Positions 61,497 to 64,000 of a stretch of DNA of 64,000 nucleotides are shown here, piece after piece (position 1 is the stretch's first letter; every line of letters begins with the position of its first letter). The notes under the pieces were generated by a model. That model ran no database searches. It was given only the letters and a program-made list of their open reading frames with translations, and was not told where the DNA came from. Source of the DNA: Macrostomum hystrix. Lineage: Eukaryota; Animalia; Platyhelminthes. Position numbers and translations under genes: made by a program. The stretch is taken from assembly GCA_950097015.1 (NCBI GenBank), contig CATNEN010000039.1:16554001-16618000 (forward strand), written 5' to 3'.

Positions 61497-64000
61497 CTAA
61501 GCTATCGGCTCTCGATGCACCAGCAGGTCCAGATAACGCCGAGCGTTGATAAAATTGTCCAACGCCGAAGCTGGAAGGCGACGTAGCAGACAACCGACGA
61601 CGACATCAGCCAGTCCCAAGCTCTCGCCAGTTAAGAAAGTCCTCGTAGACAGATAACCATCCAATAGGCGTAGAAAATCGATTAGTTGATCGCGACCAGT
61701 TGGCCTAGTACTAGATAAAATGGCCGGCAGTAGACGGTTAACAGCTAGTGACAGCCATTGGTCTCGGCTGCAGCGAAGTCCCGGCTCCAGGAGATGGCAG
61801 ACGCCGATAAGATCAAACAATGGCAAGCTGGAATCTTCAAAGCTATTGGGCTGATCAAATATTAGAACGAACTCAGCATTTCCAGGCAGTCTAGACCGAA
61901 CATCCTGACCAATGCTATCAGCTGACTGTTCAACAATGCTAGCATCGGGTCTGATTAGTTTGACAGCCAGACTGACAGCTTCAGCGAGTAGATTGACAGT
62001 TGGATTATTTGTTAAACGGACAAGCTTAGCTGAGCAGCCACGACTGCCGCAGACAACAGTCAAAGACTCGGATAGTTTAGCTCGCTCTACTGTGACCTTG
62101 TCCAGTTTGTCCTGGGTGGCTAAACGGACAGCCTCCGGCATGCCGGCACCAGGAGCGTCGAGTTGTTCGCGCAGTTTAGCAGCCTGCTTGTCCAATGCTT
62201 CAATGCGAGAGGCAAGCCTAGCGGCCTCCTTAGTTAAGTCGATAGCACCGGCAAGAACCAAGTGCAATTCCGCCCTATCATTCAAAGTGTTGACGGCGCA
62301 GATCTCAGTTGGCCTATTAGTTGAGCATTCAACAATGGACGAGTTGGACAGGCTGCACAATGGCTTCTGTTCGCGTTGGACCAGCGCGGCCAAGTCTTTA
62401 TCGGCGGTGACCAGGACAGCTCGTGTGCGCTGCTTGCCAGTTAGTTGGTAATCTCCGCGAAGACTGCGCACCGCCTGCGGATTACAGCGAGTAGTGTGGG
62501 CATGCGGCATGACAATAGTCAGTAGATGTACTAATGGACTAGTCTGTAAATGTACTAATTGACTAGTCTGTAGATTTACTAATTGACTAGTCTGTAGATG
62601 TACTAATTAATTTGTCTGTAGATCGACAAAGTGACTAGTCCGTAGATTTACTAATTGAGTAGTCTGTAGATTTACTACTGGACTAATCTGTAGATGTACT
62701 AAATAACTAGTCTGTAGATGTACTAAATAACTAGTCTGTAGATGTACTAACTAACTAGTCTGTAGATTTACTAATTGACTAGTCTGTAGATTTAATAAAT
62801 AACTAGTCTGTAGATTTACTAATGGACTAGTCTGTAAATTTATCTATAAATTAACCTGTGGATATATCCACAAACAAGTCTGTGGATATCTGTTCAAATT
62901 AGTCTGTAGATTAGTTATACAATGCCAACCTTAATAATCTTGATGAGCTGGTCCACCTCAGCCTCGCACTGGTCCTTTCTGTACCAGTGAAATTCTCCAA
63001 TGATAGGAAACTCGGCAACGCACAGGCTAGGCTCGGAGAACTGCGGCGTTGGCGGATGACGCGGCAGGCGCTGCCAGAGCTCCTCGGTGATGAATGGCAT
63101 GAACGGGTGAGCCAGACGAAGGCCCGTATCGCAGCAGACGTAGAGGATGTGCCGGATTAGGTCGGCGTCGTAATCTGGATCTCGCAGAGCCAGCTTAGAG
63201 TATTCCAGGTAGACATCGCAGAAGTCGTACAGCCAGAAGTTGTAGCAGGCTGTGGTGGCCGACTGCAGGGGGGGGCGAAATGTTGATGGGTGAGATAATT
63301 GTGGGGTAGATATTGGGTAGTGGGTCAGAACATTGTGGGGTAGATATAGGATAGTGGATCAGACAATTGTGGGGTAGATATTGGATAGTGGGTCAGATAA
63401 TTGTGGGGTAGATATTGGGTAGTGGGTCAGATAATTGTGGGGTAGATATAGGGTAGTGGATCAGACAATTGTGGGGTAGATATTGGATAGTGGGTCAGAT
63501 AATTGTGGGGTAGATATTGGGTAGTGGATCAGACAATTGTGGGGTAGATATTGGGTAGTGGATCAGACAATTGTGGGGTAGATATTGGATAGTGGGTCAG
63601 ATAATTGTGGGGTAGATATAGGATAGTGGGTCAGATAATTGTGAGGTAGATGTAGGATAGTGGGTCAGATCATTGTGGGGTAGATATTGGGTAGTGGGAC
63701 AGATAATTGTGGGGTAGATAGGGTAGTTGCGGGGTAGATTAAGCAGTGGCACAGGTGATCACACACAAACCTGGAGGTCGTAGGCCTCCAGTCCGCCGTG
63801 TACAGTGCGCACAGTGTAGGCCAGTCGGGACAGAATCCACTGATCCAGAGTGCTGCCAATCCGATGAGGCAGATGAGTGTCGGGCAGCTGGAATAAGTCG
63901 CCGAGGCACATCAACACGTAGCGCACTGCCTGCCAGATTTTGTTGCAGAAGAATCTGTAGCCTTGAACACGGAGCACGTCTAGATTGATGTCGCGACCCT
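61497..64000 (-). CDS. VARS1: Valyl-tRNA synthetase, 3' part (exons >64000-63771, 63262-62930, 62474-61497), with a C-terminal GST-like extension
   Basis: GRDINLDVLRVQGYRFFCNKIWQA, DQWILSRL, ATTACYNFWLYDFCDVYLE, LAHPFMPFITEELWQRLP and the coiled-coil arm IDLTKEAARL...KL. Phase-0 GT-AG introns. The 5' end lies outside the window, so cytosolic versus mitochondrial assignment is not certain. Confidence 0.93.
62515..62915. repeat. Intronic minisatellite, 24-bp unit ACTAGTCTGTAGATGTACTAATTG
   Basis: Tandem periodicity. Confidence 0.9.
63290..63740. repeat. Intronic minisatellite, 34-bp unit GTGGGTCAGATAATTGTGGGGTAGATATTGGGTA
   Basis: Tandem periodicity. Confidence 0.93.

Overview
Eukaryotic (animal) genomic DNA, not prokaryotic. 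AT-rich GT-AG introns, GC-richer exons and very dense 15-42 bp minisatellite arrays suggest a free-living flatworm such as Macrostomum (inference only). Most long ORFs in the track are artefacts of translated minisatellites. Genes reconstructed by hand, with splice phases checked: HMGN-like acidic protein (-, 201-866); MYCBP (+, 4 exons); intronless two-dsRBD PACT/TRBP/Loquacious-like gene (+); galactocerebrosidase GALC (+) with two 190-nt mutually exclusive exons; intronless class A peptide-type GPCR (-); LHPP (+, 4 exons over 22 kb), whose intron 2 holds a 7-exon antisense ETS1-class transcription factor and whose intron 3 holds a degenerate CACTA/EnSpm transposon; and the 3' end of valyl-tRNA synthetase (-), whose last exon adds a C-terminal GST-like domain. 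Also present: a hAT MITE with an 8-bp TSD and two tRNA-derived SINE families. Best novelty candidates: the GALC mutually exclusive exons, the invertebrate HMGN-like protein, the C-terminal GST-like appendage on ValRS, and a decayed TcmP-like fragment.
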